Positions 55,253 through 64,000 of a DNA stretch of 64,000 nucleotides are shown one piece after another (position 1 is the stretch's first letter; each line of letters starts with the position of its first letter). This DNA is from an uncultured delta proteobacterium (GTDB lineage Bacteria; Desulfobacterota; Desulfomonilia; UBA1062). A program made the translations under genes and the position numbers. Below the pieces are notes generated by a model. That model was not told the DNA's origin. It searched no databases and saw only the letters and a list, made by a program, of their open reading frames with translations. Where the stretch lies: contig CAVVYZ010000001.1 of assembly GCA_963752595.1 (NCBI GenBank), positions 352,001 through 416,000 of the forward strand, given 5' to 3'.

Positions 55253-55357
55253 ATGACAAAAATCCGCATATGTACAACAATATGTTTCTGCCTATTTGCT
55301 ATTGCGGGTGCAGCACTTGCAGCAAATTCCGATTTATGTACATTGCCTCCAGAGTAA
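55253..55357 (+). CDS. 34-aa small ORF: signal peptide plus a short mature stub
   Basis: GGAGAGG RBS. Translates to MTKIRICTTICFCLFAIAGAALAANSDLCTLPPE. Followed by a hairpin. Confidence 0.4.
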   Translation: MTKIRICTTICFCLFAIAGAALAANSDLCTLPPE

Positions 55358-55387
55358 AGGTAAAAGGACTTTAAACAATAAAAACAG

Positions 55388-55434
55388 GTGCCGGTAAAGG
55401 GGTTTAAATCCCCCTTGCCGGTATTTTCTTTTTT
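55388..55434 (+). terminator. Hairpin, probable terminator
   Basis: GTGCCGGTAAAGGGG-TTTAAA-TCCCCTTGCCGGTAT followed by a T-rich tail. Confidence 0.65.
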
Positions 55435-55711
55435 AAAGAAGGGGTATTCCCGTTTTCCTGGGCGTTTCGGGTGTAATATTGAGATGAAAGTGCAACGAAC
55501 CTCTATTTTGCAATTGACATGGAGAGCGATGATCATTAAAGAATATTGGAGATCTGAAATAAGAATATATCCGACTTGAATCTTGCTTTACGGGTGGTAC
55601 CTTTTAGTCCCGCTTCAACAAGTAAAAGTTCAGCGACGATAGTTCTCGGTTTCAGAAATACAAAAAAGGGCCTCTGCTCGCCAAGCATAAGGCCTTACTA
55701 CGAGGTGTTTA

Positions 55712-55912
55712 ATGGCAAAAGGAACAGTAAAATGGTTTAATGATTCTAAGGGCTTTGGTTTTATTACTGCTGAAGACGGGCAGGATGTATTCGTACACCA
55801 CACGGCAATCAAGCAGGAAGGTTTCAGGTCGCTCGAAGAGGGCCAGAGAGTAACGTTCGACATTACTCCCGGACCCAAAGGACCTCAGGCGTCCAACGTA
55901 TACAAAGCGTAA
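55712..55912 (+). CDS. Cold-shock protein (CspA family)
   Basis: Motifs GTVKWFN..KGFGFI, DVFVH, GPKGPQA.NV. Confidence 0.97.
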   Translation: MAKGTVKWFNDSKGFGFITAEDGQDVFVHHTAIKQEGFRSLEEGQRVTFDITPGPKGPQASNVYKA

Positions 55913-56066
55913 GAGCTGCCTATTCGGGCAGGCAAGGTCTGTCTTCCGGGGCACAGCGCTTGGTTTCGCAAGCTGAGTAGTGTTATACCCGGAGGGAAAA
56001 AATGTATTAAAGCAGGGGCATGGCCTGACAGGGCTATGCCCCTGCAAATTTTCTGCAACAGGAACA

Positions 56067-57706
56067 ATGGAAATGGAAGCCGTTGATATTTATCAGGAAG
56101 TCGAAGAATTTAAGGACGCTGACAAGCAACTTGAAAAGGAAGTGGCGAGGCGGCGTACATTCGGCATCATCAGCCATCCGGATGCGGGGAAAACCACGCT
56201 GACAGAGAAACTTCTGCTCTTCGGGGGTGCGATTCAGCTCGCTGGGACGATCAAGGCCCGCAAGGCAGCCCGCCACGCGACGAGCGACTGGATGAAGATC
56301 GAACAGGAACGCGGTATCTCCGTAACCACCTCGGTAATGAAGTTCACACTATCATGGCTTCGAGATCAACCTCCTCGACACCCCGGGCCACCAGGACTTT
56401 TCCGAAGATACCTACCGGGTGCTTACCGCAGTGGATTCTGCGCTCATGGTAATCGACAGCGCCAAGGGTGTGGAACCCCAGACCGAGAAGCTCATGGAGG
56501 TATGCCGGATGCGCAATACCCCCATCATGACCTTCATCAACAAGCTTGACCGGGAAGGTCTATCGCCGCTGGACCTGTTGACAGACATCGAGGAAAAACT
56601 GCAGATCGAGTGCGTACCGTTAAGCTGGCCCATCGGCATGGGCAAGCAGCTTCCGGGGCGTCTATAACCTCTACCGCAAGCAGATCCATCTCTTCACCCC
56701 GGGAAAGGCAACCAAGGACCAGGACGGCGTCCTGATAACCGATTTGAACGACCGGAAGCTGGATGAGCTACTGGGCAGCCAGGCGCAGCAGCTGCGCGAA
56801 GACGTGGAGCTTATCGAGGGTGTGCTGCCCAAGTTCAACCGGGATGAGTATCTCAAAGGAAATCAGACGCCGGTTTTCTTCGGCAGCGCCATCAACAACT
56901 TCGGTGTACGCGAGATGCTCGATGTCTTTGTGGAGATGGCCCCGCGTCCGGGGATGCGTCAGGCAGAGACTCGTGGAGTCTCTCCCCTTGAGCAGCCGTT
57001 TTCCGGGTTTACCTTCAAGATCCAGGCAAACATGGACCCTGCCCACCGTGACCGTATCGCCTTTTTCAGGATATGCTCCGGCAAGTTCACGCGCGGCATG
57101 AAGGTCATGCATCACCGGATCGGCAAAGAGGTGATCCTGTCCAATGCCACCATCTTCATGGCCCAGGACCGGACGAACGTCGAAGAAGCCTATCCGGGCG
57201 ACATAATCGGCATCCACAACCACGGCACCATCCAGATCGGCGATACCTTCACCGAAAAGGAGCCGCTCAAGTTCCTGGGCATCCCTTACTTTGCGCCCGA
57301 GCATTTCCGGCGGGTGATCCTCAAAAACCCCATGAAGTTCAAGCAGCTCCAGAAGGGCCTCGTTCAGCTGAGTGAAGAGGGCGCGGTGCAGGTCTTCAAG
57401 CCCCTTGTCGGCAACAACTACATCCTGGGCGCGGTAGGCGTGCTCCAGTTCGACGTGGTCATGGAACGGCTGCGGGACGAGTACGGTGTGGATGCTGCCT
57501 ATGAGCCTGTGGAGTATATCGGCGCCCGCTGGATCGAGTGCGATGACGCTAAGATCCTCAGGAAGTTCGAAAAGAGCTACCAGGGATCTCTCGCCAGGGA
57601 TGCAGGCGGGTATCTTACCTATCTGGCACCGAACCAGTGGCGTCTGAAAAACGCGCACGAAGAGTGGCCGGAGATCAAATTCCTGAAGACACGGGAACAC
57701 AATTGA
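56067..57706 (+). CDS. prfC: Peptide chain release factor 3; two apparent 1-nt insertions (~56348, ~56647)
   Basis: Motifs [65 protein letters not shown]. Confidence 0.95.
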
Positions 57707-57736
57707 CATATACCTTCGTGAATACGGAGGAAATCC

Positions 57737-58744
57737 ATGGACAGGGCTGCTGACTTCGAACACCTCACCCCCGAGGTGCTGCTCGATGTGGTGGAAAACG
57801 CGGCAGGCATCCGCTTTACCGGTCTCACCATCCCGTTACCGAGCTATATCAACCGGGTTTACGAGCTTCAGACGAGATCCGGCGAACGTCTCATCGCCAA
57901 ATTCTACCGCCCGAACCGCTGGAGCAGGACTGCACTCGAGGATGAGCACCAGTTCCTCGCGGATTGCACCGAGTCCGAGATCCCTGTCGTGAGCCCGTGT
58001 AAGCTGGCTGACGGCAGTACCCTGGGACAGACTGACGACTGTTTTTTTGCGCTCTTCCCCAAGAAGGCAGGCCGCGAATTCGAGCTGAATACCGACGAGG
58101 ACCTCCGTAGGGTGGGCACGCTCATCGCCCGCATCCATCTCGCAGGCCAGGCGCGCACACCGAAGGACAGGATTACCCTGCACCCGATGAAATCCACGCA
58201 GAATGATCTGGAGTTCGTGATCAAGGGAGGTTTCATCGTTCCTGAGTTCAGGCAGGTTTTTGAGGATATCACGCTGCGCATTGTGGAGGGCATCACCCCG
58301 CTCTTCGAAGGGGCGGAATACATCCGGATTCATGGGGACTGTCACCGGGGCAACATTCTCGACCGGCCCGGCGAGGGCCTCATGGCCATTGATTTTGACG
58401 ATATGATGATCGGCCCTCCTGTGCATGATCTCTGGATGCTCCTGCCCGACCATGCCGGCCGTTCCCGTCGTGAAATCGAACTCCTGCTCGACGGCTACGA
58501 GCAGTTCCGGGAATTCGAATACTCATCGATCCGGCTTATCGAGCCTTTACGGTTCATGCGGATAGTCTATTTCCTTGCCTGGACCGCTCGGCAATACCAC
58601 GATTATGCCTTCCAGGCCAATCACCCCGACTGGGGCAGCGAGATCTTCTGGCAGCGTGAAATCTCGGACCTGAGCCACCAGTTTCAGGTGATCATGGAGC
58701 ACAAGGTAGCCTGGGAGGAAGGACGATTCTTCGGGGGAGAGTAG
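57737..58744 (+). CDS. srkA: Stress response Ser/Thr kinase SrkA (RdoA/YihE family)
   Basis: Motifs SYINRVY, KFYRP.RW, IHGDCH.GNIL, IDFDD, DLWMLL, IEPLR..R. Confidence 0.92.
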   Translation: MDRAADFEHLTPEVLLDVVENAAGIRFTGLTIPLPSYINRVYELQTRSGERLIAKFYRPNRWSRTALEDEHQFLADCTESEIPVVSPCKLADGSTLGQTDDCFFALFPKKAGREFELNTDEDLRRVGTLIARIHLAGQARTPKDRITLHPMKSTQNDLEFVIKGGFIVPEFRQVFEDITLRIVEGITPLFEGAEYIRIHGDCHRGNILDRPGEGLMAIDFDDMMIGPPVHDLWMLLPDHAGRSRREIELLLDGYEQFREFEYSSIRLIEPLRFMRIVYFLAWTARQYHDYAFQANHPDWGSEIFWQREISDLSHQFQVIMEHKVAWEEGRFFGGE

Positions 58745-58919
58745 GTGCTTAAAGAGCATCGGCTTAAAAAACTCCGGGGGCGGATAAGGGTTCTCTTGGA
58801 ACGAAAGGTTCATGTCGGAATCTTCAGCAGTATCCTGTAGAATGGCTCCCAGTGAGATATCAAGGTTTTGACGTTTAAATACTATAAATTACCGGCTGAA
58901 AGAAATTAAGTTCCATTTA

Positions 58920-59026
58920 CATGAATCCTTTTCATCCGGGGAGCATCAGAATCATAGTAACAAAGGTTATTAACCTCCTCTTTAGGATGGCGAGTCCTAT
59001 GCCCTAGCCGCCATCCTATTTTTTTT
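58920..59026 (+). ncRNA. Candidate structured small RNA, copy 1 (CCTCCT motif plus terminator-like hairpin with a TGCCC loop)
   Basis: Roughly 80% identical by eye to 63455-63556, with compensatory changes in the stem. Confidence 0.55.
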
Positions 59027-59119
59027 GCCTGCAAAAAAAGATAAAATTACACGCCTGTCTTTCCGCCTCCCGATGATTCAGTTTTTATCTGCTGCTTTTA
59101 GCATCCCTTTCCACTCACG

Positions 59120-60004
59120 TTATTGCTCTGCATTTATCGGCATAATATTCCGGACGGCAGACACCTTTCTCTGGCCCGCAGCAGGTTCGAACCTGTCCAG
59201 AAGGACCAGAAATGTGCCCATGGTATGGTTTGCCTCTATTCTCAACACGTCCTTGAGTTCGTCTGCCGAGAGATAGATCTTGATGTCGGCAGGTTTCTTC
59301 TTCGCCGCCGAGTTATGTTTATCGGCATCCAGATCTTTCGCCGTGGGAACGATCACCCATGCATCCCGTTTTCCGCCGGGCCTTTCGATGACCGTCTTGT
59401 CCGTGCACTTCAAATGAAGCTCATACCGGCTTTTCCCGGTGTACACCTCGAATACCTGCTCGGTTCCTACCTTCCAGTCGAGCCCGCGGGCCAGGTAGGT
59501 AGCTGAAAAGGGATCAACGGTATACCTGTCCGTATGGATTTTCCGCACCTCCCCGTCAACGATTTCGCCTCTTTTGAATTTCTTCTCCGAAGTCTGTATG
59601 GTGCCGTTATTCTGGAATTTTATAACGAATTCTTTCCCGGTGGATTTCACCTGCTGTTTTATTTTTGTCTCCACCGGAGCAAGGGGGTCAAGATCTGTGA
59701 GGTTTTCCCCCCGGTAGCGGATCTTGTATATATAATCAATTTTATCATTGGTTTTGGCGTTTACCTGCATCCTGTACAAATCGCCCTCACGCTCTATCTC
59801 GATGCACGCCGTCCCGATGTTTACGCTATTGAATTCAAAGCAATAAAAGTACGTTCCCAAACGGGGAAGGTAATAGGAATCGTTGAGCAGGGGAAGTATT
59901 CCTTTTGCCTCCGGGGCCGCTGCATGAAGGGGCTGTGAGAAACCCATAACCAGAGAGATGATTGAAACCAGGATTGCAGGATACTTTTTTTGTCTTTTCA
60001 TCAT
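59120..60004 (-). CDS. DUF3108-like exported protein
   Basis: Signal peptide. Motifs VDPFSA.Y.AR, VYTGKSRY, IYLSAD. Confidence 0.7.
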   Translation of the reverse strand: MMKRQKKYPAILVSIISLVMGFSQPLHAAAPEAKGILPLLNDSYYLPRLGTYFYCFEFNSVNIGTACIEIEREGDLYRMQVNAKTNDKIDYIYKIRYRGENLTDLDPLAPVETKIKQQVKSTGKEFVIKFQNNGTIQTSEKKFKRGEIVDGEVRKIHTDRYTVDPFSATYLARGLDWKVGTEQVFEVYTGKSRYELHLKCTDKTVIERPGGKRDAWVIVPTAKDLDADKHNSAAKKKPADIKIYLSADELKDVLRIEANHTMGTFLVLLDRFEPAAGQRKVSAVRNIMPINAEQ

Positions 60005-61028
60005 ACTTCCTCCCATTGGCAAGGTGCTCCGACCGTTACTTCTTGCTGAGACGATAAGCACCGGGAAATTGTCTACCGTCCGTAGCGGAATCACCGGTTC
60101 TCAAGATACTATGGCAGGGATCACAAGGAAACCGCATCGATTGCCCGATTCATGTCTCCGGCATCAGGAAGGATGATCCTGGAGCGAGGGGAGTCGAATG
60201 CGTATTCCCGGCATGCGTTATTTCCATAAACCCTCCATTCATTCCCTACGGACCGGACCATCGTAACAAGAACTATGGGATAATGAGCAAAGAGCATACC
60301 ATCCCCGGAGGCCGACTTGCTTGTTGAGGTACAGAACCGCATGGAATGACATCCGGCAGTAGTCATACAGATCATGCATGAAAGGCTGAGGCTCTTTGGA
60401 GCTGTTGCAGAAAACACACAGCAAGACCTGCAGGTGAAATCTTTTTTGGGCGATGATTCTCATCTCGGGTAGCTCTTGCCACAGACCAAGGGGCGCTTGT
60501 CAGATTCGATGACCCCTCTTATCATTATTCTTATAAAAAACGTAAAGGAGGAGAAGCGTCCGCACTCCCGGTTCACCATTACAGGTGGAGCGAGTGAGGG
60601 TTTTTAAGGAGCAGCCGATCCGCTGCCTACGTTCAGGCCAGGGCAATGCAGGCCTCGATGGAAAGGTGCACATCTTTGAATCGAGACAGCTGAATACTTG
60701 GGAACGTAACAAGCTACACATTCTTTGATTATCATATGCTGGTAACCCAAAAGAAACAGGTCTGAATGGTATAATCTGAACTATCAGCACAGCAGGATCA
60801 TATCTCCTTGCCGCGAGAGGAAGGCTATCGATGCTTGGATCTCATGAGCGGGACTGTAAATTATGGGCTGATTGGATACATCACAGGTGCGAAAATCTCT
60901 AAGAGAATATTTTTGCCTGTTTCTGCATGGGATATGAATTCCACGTGCAGAAAGAATCACGTACCTGATACGGATAGAATACGGCCCGGTAGGCATTTCC
61001 GGACAAAACTGAAGAAAGGAGAAAGCGT

Positions 61029-62725
61029 ATGAAAAAATTCATACTTACATTTCTTATGATGCTGGTTCCTCTTGGTCTGCTTGCGCAGCAGGGAACTATT
61101 CCGGCACTGGCGGTTATCACGAGCCCCGGATTTTTCACCGCCCTTGTTGCAGGGATTATCATTGCCTTAGGTTTCCAGCTTATCCTGACTAATTTATCCG
61201 CAGCCATAGGTTTGAGTGCCCTGCACATGGGAGCGGAAAGAATTGAAAAGGCGATAAGGACCGGTTTTAAGCAAGGAAAACAGGAGGAATCATCCGAACC
61301 CATGGGGAGGAAGGTTCGAAAAATAAATGCGGCATTCGGGGTATGGGCAATCATAACCACCAGCATTTCCCTGTTTTTCGCAGCCTTGCTGGCGGTAAAA
61401 ATCAGCACAGCCCTCAATCTTATCGCCGGCGTAACCCTCGGCCTCGCAATCTGGGGGCTCTTCTATCTCATCACGGCGGCGCTCGAGATGACAGCAGTAT
61501 CATCCATGGTCGGTTCGCTGATGGACATCGTACGTTCAGGCTTCAGGACTGTCTCCGATACGACTTCCGGCATCTTTCTCAAATCAGGCGAGCAGAAAAC
61601 GGTCGATACCGCCCGGGAGATCACCGATGCAGTGCGCGATGAAATATTCGGAGATGCCAATGTAAGAAGGACGATTCAGAACTATATCGATTCGCTGAAA
61701 CCCGATTATAATCAGATCCGTAAAGAGCTCACCGCGGTCCTGAATGATGCGGAGATCAATGTAAGATCCTCGTATGCCCGGGGTACTACCACCGCACATA
61801 TCCATACGGGAACCAGCGCTCCATCCCCGGCGGAGGCAAAGGAAAAGGCCCAGGCAGCAGCAGGCACGGTAAAAGAAGAGGCGAGAAAGGTGCGCGAAGA
61901 GGCCCAATCCGACAAGGATCTGGCAGAAAAGATCGCCGATACCACTATGGAACTGGCAGGCTTGTCACGACAGGAGGCAGAAGCGTACCGGAAGAAGCTG
62001 GAGCAGTACCTGGCCGGCACCGGGAAGACTGAGCTGAACCCCGAGGGGATCAAACGCGATATCGACAAGCTTGTCTCTGAGAATCCGAAAGAAGGGGTGG
62101 ATGCAATCCTTGCCCGGCTCAGTGATATCGACCGTTCCACCATAACGTCAATCCTCGCACAGAGAAAGGATATGAACAGGGACGAGGCGAACCGGGTCGT
62201 GGACATGGTTGCCGGAACGGTGGACAGCCTCAGATCGAGGTATCAGAAGACAAAAACAACGACTCAGGCCGCTTCACGGCAGCAGCAGGGTGCATCAGAG
62301 GGACGATTGCGGCAATACCTGGATTCCCTCGATAATCCGGAGCTCCACTACGCCGATATCAAGACCGATCTGGAGGCCTTCTTCATGATCCCAAGGCAGG
62401 CACCATGTCATTGGTCGACAGGTTGAAATCCATTGACCGTCATGACTTGAAACAGATGATCACAGAGAGCGGGCTGAACATCAAAGAAGAAGACATCGAC
62501 CGGCTGGTAGGAAGGATAGAAGAAGCAAAAGATTCCGTGATCGACAAGACAGAGCAGATGAGGAGAGAGGTTGTTGCGAGGGTGCAGAAGGCTGAAGAAG
62601 AATCCATCCATTACGCAGATGAGGCGCGGAGGGTTGCCGCATCTGCTGCCTGGTGGGTTTTCGGCTCGGCACTGGTATCCGGAGTTGCAGCCGCGCTGGG
62701 TGGATTGGTCGGCCTTATGGTCTAG
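61029..62725 (+). CDS. Hypothetical membrane protein with helical repeats; apparent 1-nt indel near 62380
   Basis: N-terminal TMs (ALVAG...FQLILTNL..AIG) and C-terminal AAWW.FG.AL.SG TM. The two ORFs join through LHDPKAG. Confidence 0.75.
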
Positions 62726-62964
62726 CATACCCATGAGCTTGATTTACTGAGCAATGGATCCCGCTGTATGCCATACTTTACTCGCTTGCGGCGGGATACT
62801 TCATTGATGCGCGCGTATGGGTCTTTTCTGGTGTCCGGCGTGTGGTCTCCTGGAAATTTATCTTGGCTGTTTTATCGAGGCATTTCATAACGTTATTGAC
62901 TTTAGGGACTGGAGCACGCTATTCAGCACAGCAAAGATTGAGAGAGAAAGGAAGAAGGCAGCAT

Positions 62965-63288
62965 ATGAAATCTCTGGCAGGATCACAAAGGACGTATCTC
63001 AGGGGGTTGGCGCACAAGCTGCGGCCGGTTATCCAGGTGGGTAAGAACGGTATTACCCCCGAACTGATCAAGGCTGTGGACGAAGCCCTTACCATCCATG
63101 AGCTCATCAAGATCAAATATGGTGATTTCAAAGAGGAGAAAAAGGAACTCTCCGAGGATATTGCTCAACAGACTTCGAGCGAGACAGTCGGCCTGATCGG
63201 TAACGTCGTCATACTCTACCGGCAGAATCCTGATGAAGAAAAGCGAAGAATAATCCTGCCTGGGAAGCAGACAAAGAAAAACCCGTAG
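62965..63288 (+). CDS. yhbY: Ribosome assembly RNA-binding protein YhbY (CRM domain)
   Basis: Motif LRGLAH.L.PVIQVGKNG, HELIKIK, IGN...LYR. Confidence 0.94.
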   Translation: MKSLAGSQRTYLRGLAHKLRPVIQVGKNGITPELIKAVDEALTIHELIKIKYGDFKEEKKELSEDIAQQTSSETVGLIGNVVILYRQNPDEEKRRIILPGKQTKKNP

Positions 63289-63454
63289 CTTATCCCCGGG
63301 CGGCACTGACTGTCCTCTGCAGAGCTGGTAATGGTTTGGAACATATAAGATTTGTAAATACCAAGAAGCTTTCTCAAGCAAATCACCAAGATTGGGAATA
63401 AATAATGAAGAAACAGCCTGACTTGCCGTAATATACCGGATAGTCTCTTCCCTG

Positions 63455-63556
63455 CATGAATCTTTTTCCTTCCTGGTGCATCAGAAATAGAACATAACTT
63501 AATACCTCCTCTTTATGGATGGCGAGTCTTATGCCCTAACCGCCATCCATTTTTTT
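63455..63556 (+). ncRNA. Candidate structured small RNA, copy 2
   Basis: Paralogous to 58920-59026. Confidence 0.55.
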
Positions 63557-63608
63557 ATCCGCCTTACTGCAAAATAGACCAATCTCCTACGTCCATGTAT
63601 AAAATTGT

Positions 63609-63637
63609 TTGACAGAAAATCTTTGATTAGTTACGGT
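63609..63637 (+). promoter_or_regulatory. Putative sigma70 promoter of the thiolase gene
   Basis: TTGACA-N17-TACGGT. Confidence 0.5.
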
Positions 63638-63741
63638 CATATAGTAATACAATAAGATTAATAAAGGCATCAGCCTGCCTGGACCGTGTGAGCCAGAAAA
63701 GCGGAGGCCCTGACGGGACATGATGCATGAGGAGGGTTTAC

Positions 63742-64000
63742 ATGAGAGATGTTTTCGTTGTCAGCGCTGTAAGGACCGCAGTGGGCAAGCAGAAAGGATA
63801 CTTCCGCGACTTCCTTGCGCCTGAACTTCTGGCATTGGCATTGAATGAATCCATAGGCCGCATCGATCTCGACGGTAATCTTGTAGACGACGTCATCACC
63901 GGCTGCGTCTATCAGATAGGCGAACAGGGATTCAACTTGGCCCGTATGGCCGTCCTGGCGTCGAAACTACCTGTGACGATTAGGCGGGATTACCGTGAAC
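63742..64000 (+). CDS. Thiolase (acetyl-CoA C-acyltransferase) family protein, 5' part
   Basis: GAGGAGG RBS. MRDVFVVSAVRTAVGK...VDDVITGCV.Q.GEQG.NLAR. Runs off the window end. Confidence 0.9.
   Translation, partial: MRDVFVVSAVRTAVGKQKGYFRDFLAPELLALALNESIGRIDLDGNLVDDVITGCVYQIGEQGFNLARMAVLASKLPVTIRRDYRE

Noticed and set aside
56340-56660. Programmed frameshifting in a release-factor gene
   Set aside because: The programmed +1 shift belongs to prfB (CTT TGA with an internal SD). This gene is prfC and has two unrelated extra bases without that motif, consistent with sequencing error.
60100-61000. Short Cys-rich ORFs between the DUF3108-like gene and the 61-kb gene
   Set aside because: They overlap in conflicting frames, lack a convincing RBS and match no family I recognise.
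62983-63495. Minus-strand TGA-readthrough ORF or type I toxin starting at the RNA element's SD
   Set aside because: The reading frame is not conserved between the two copies, the longer frame runs antisense into yhbY, and no conserved hydrophobic peptide is present.

Overview
This is 64 kb of chromosome from an anaerobic bacterium. The 16S sequence and gene content point to Deltaproteobacteria/Desulfobacterota, judged by eye with no database search. From left to right it holds: (1) small metabolic genes (AOR tail, FprA, glycerate kinase, several hydrolases, an SCP2 + M24 pair, and an aconitase-gltX operon); (2) an MshEN-PilT fusion with degenerate ATPase motifs, an orphan atpE and a Cache-type sensor with no output domain; (3) an energy-conservation block made of rnfABCDGE, nfnAB and an HdrL/MvhD/HdrBC/Flx cluster, interrupted by a four-gene flagellar satellite with a sigma28-like promoter; (4) ychF, then zapBA-6S-ygfA-rny-tyrS; (5) a complete rRNA operon (16S, tRNA-Ile, tRNA-Ala, 23S, 5S); (6) a degenerate ttuA-like gene with trmI, an IS with 18-bp inverted repeats, csp, prfC, srkA, yhbY and the start of a thiolase. 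Many conserved genes carry single-base indels, which most likely reflect long-read consensus errors, so single-base observations need checking against reads. The most notable unexplained signals are a twice-repeated ~105-nt structured RNA candidate (compensatory base changes, anti-SD motif) and the MshEN-PilT pseudo-ATPase.
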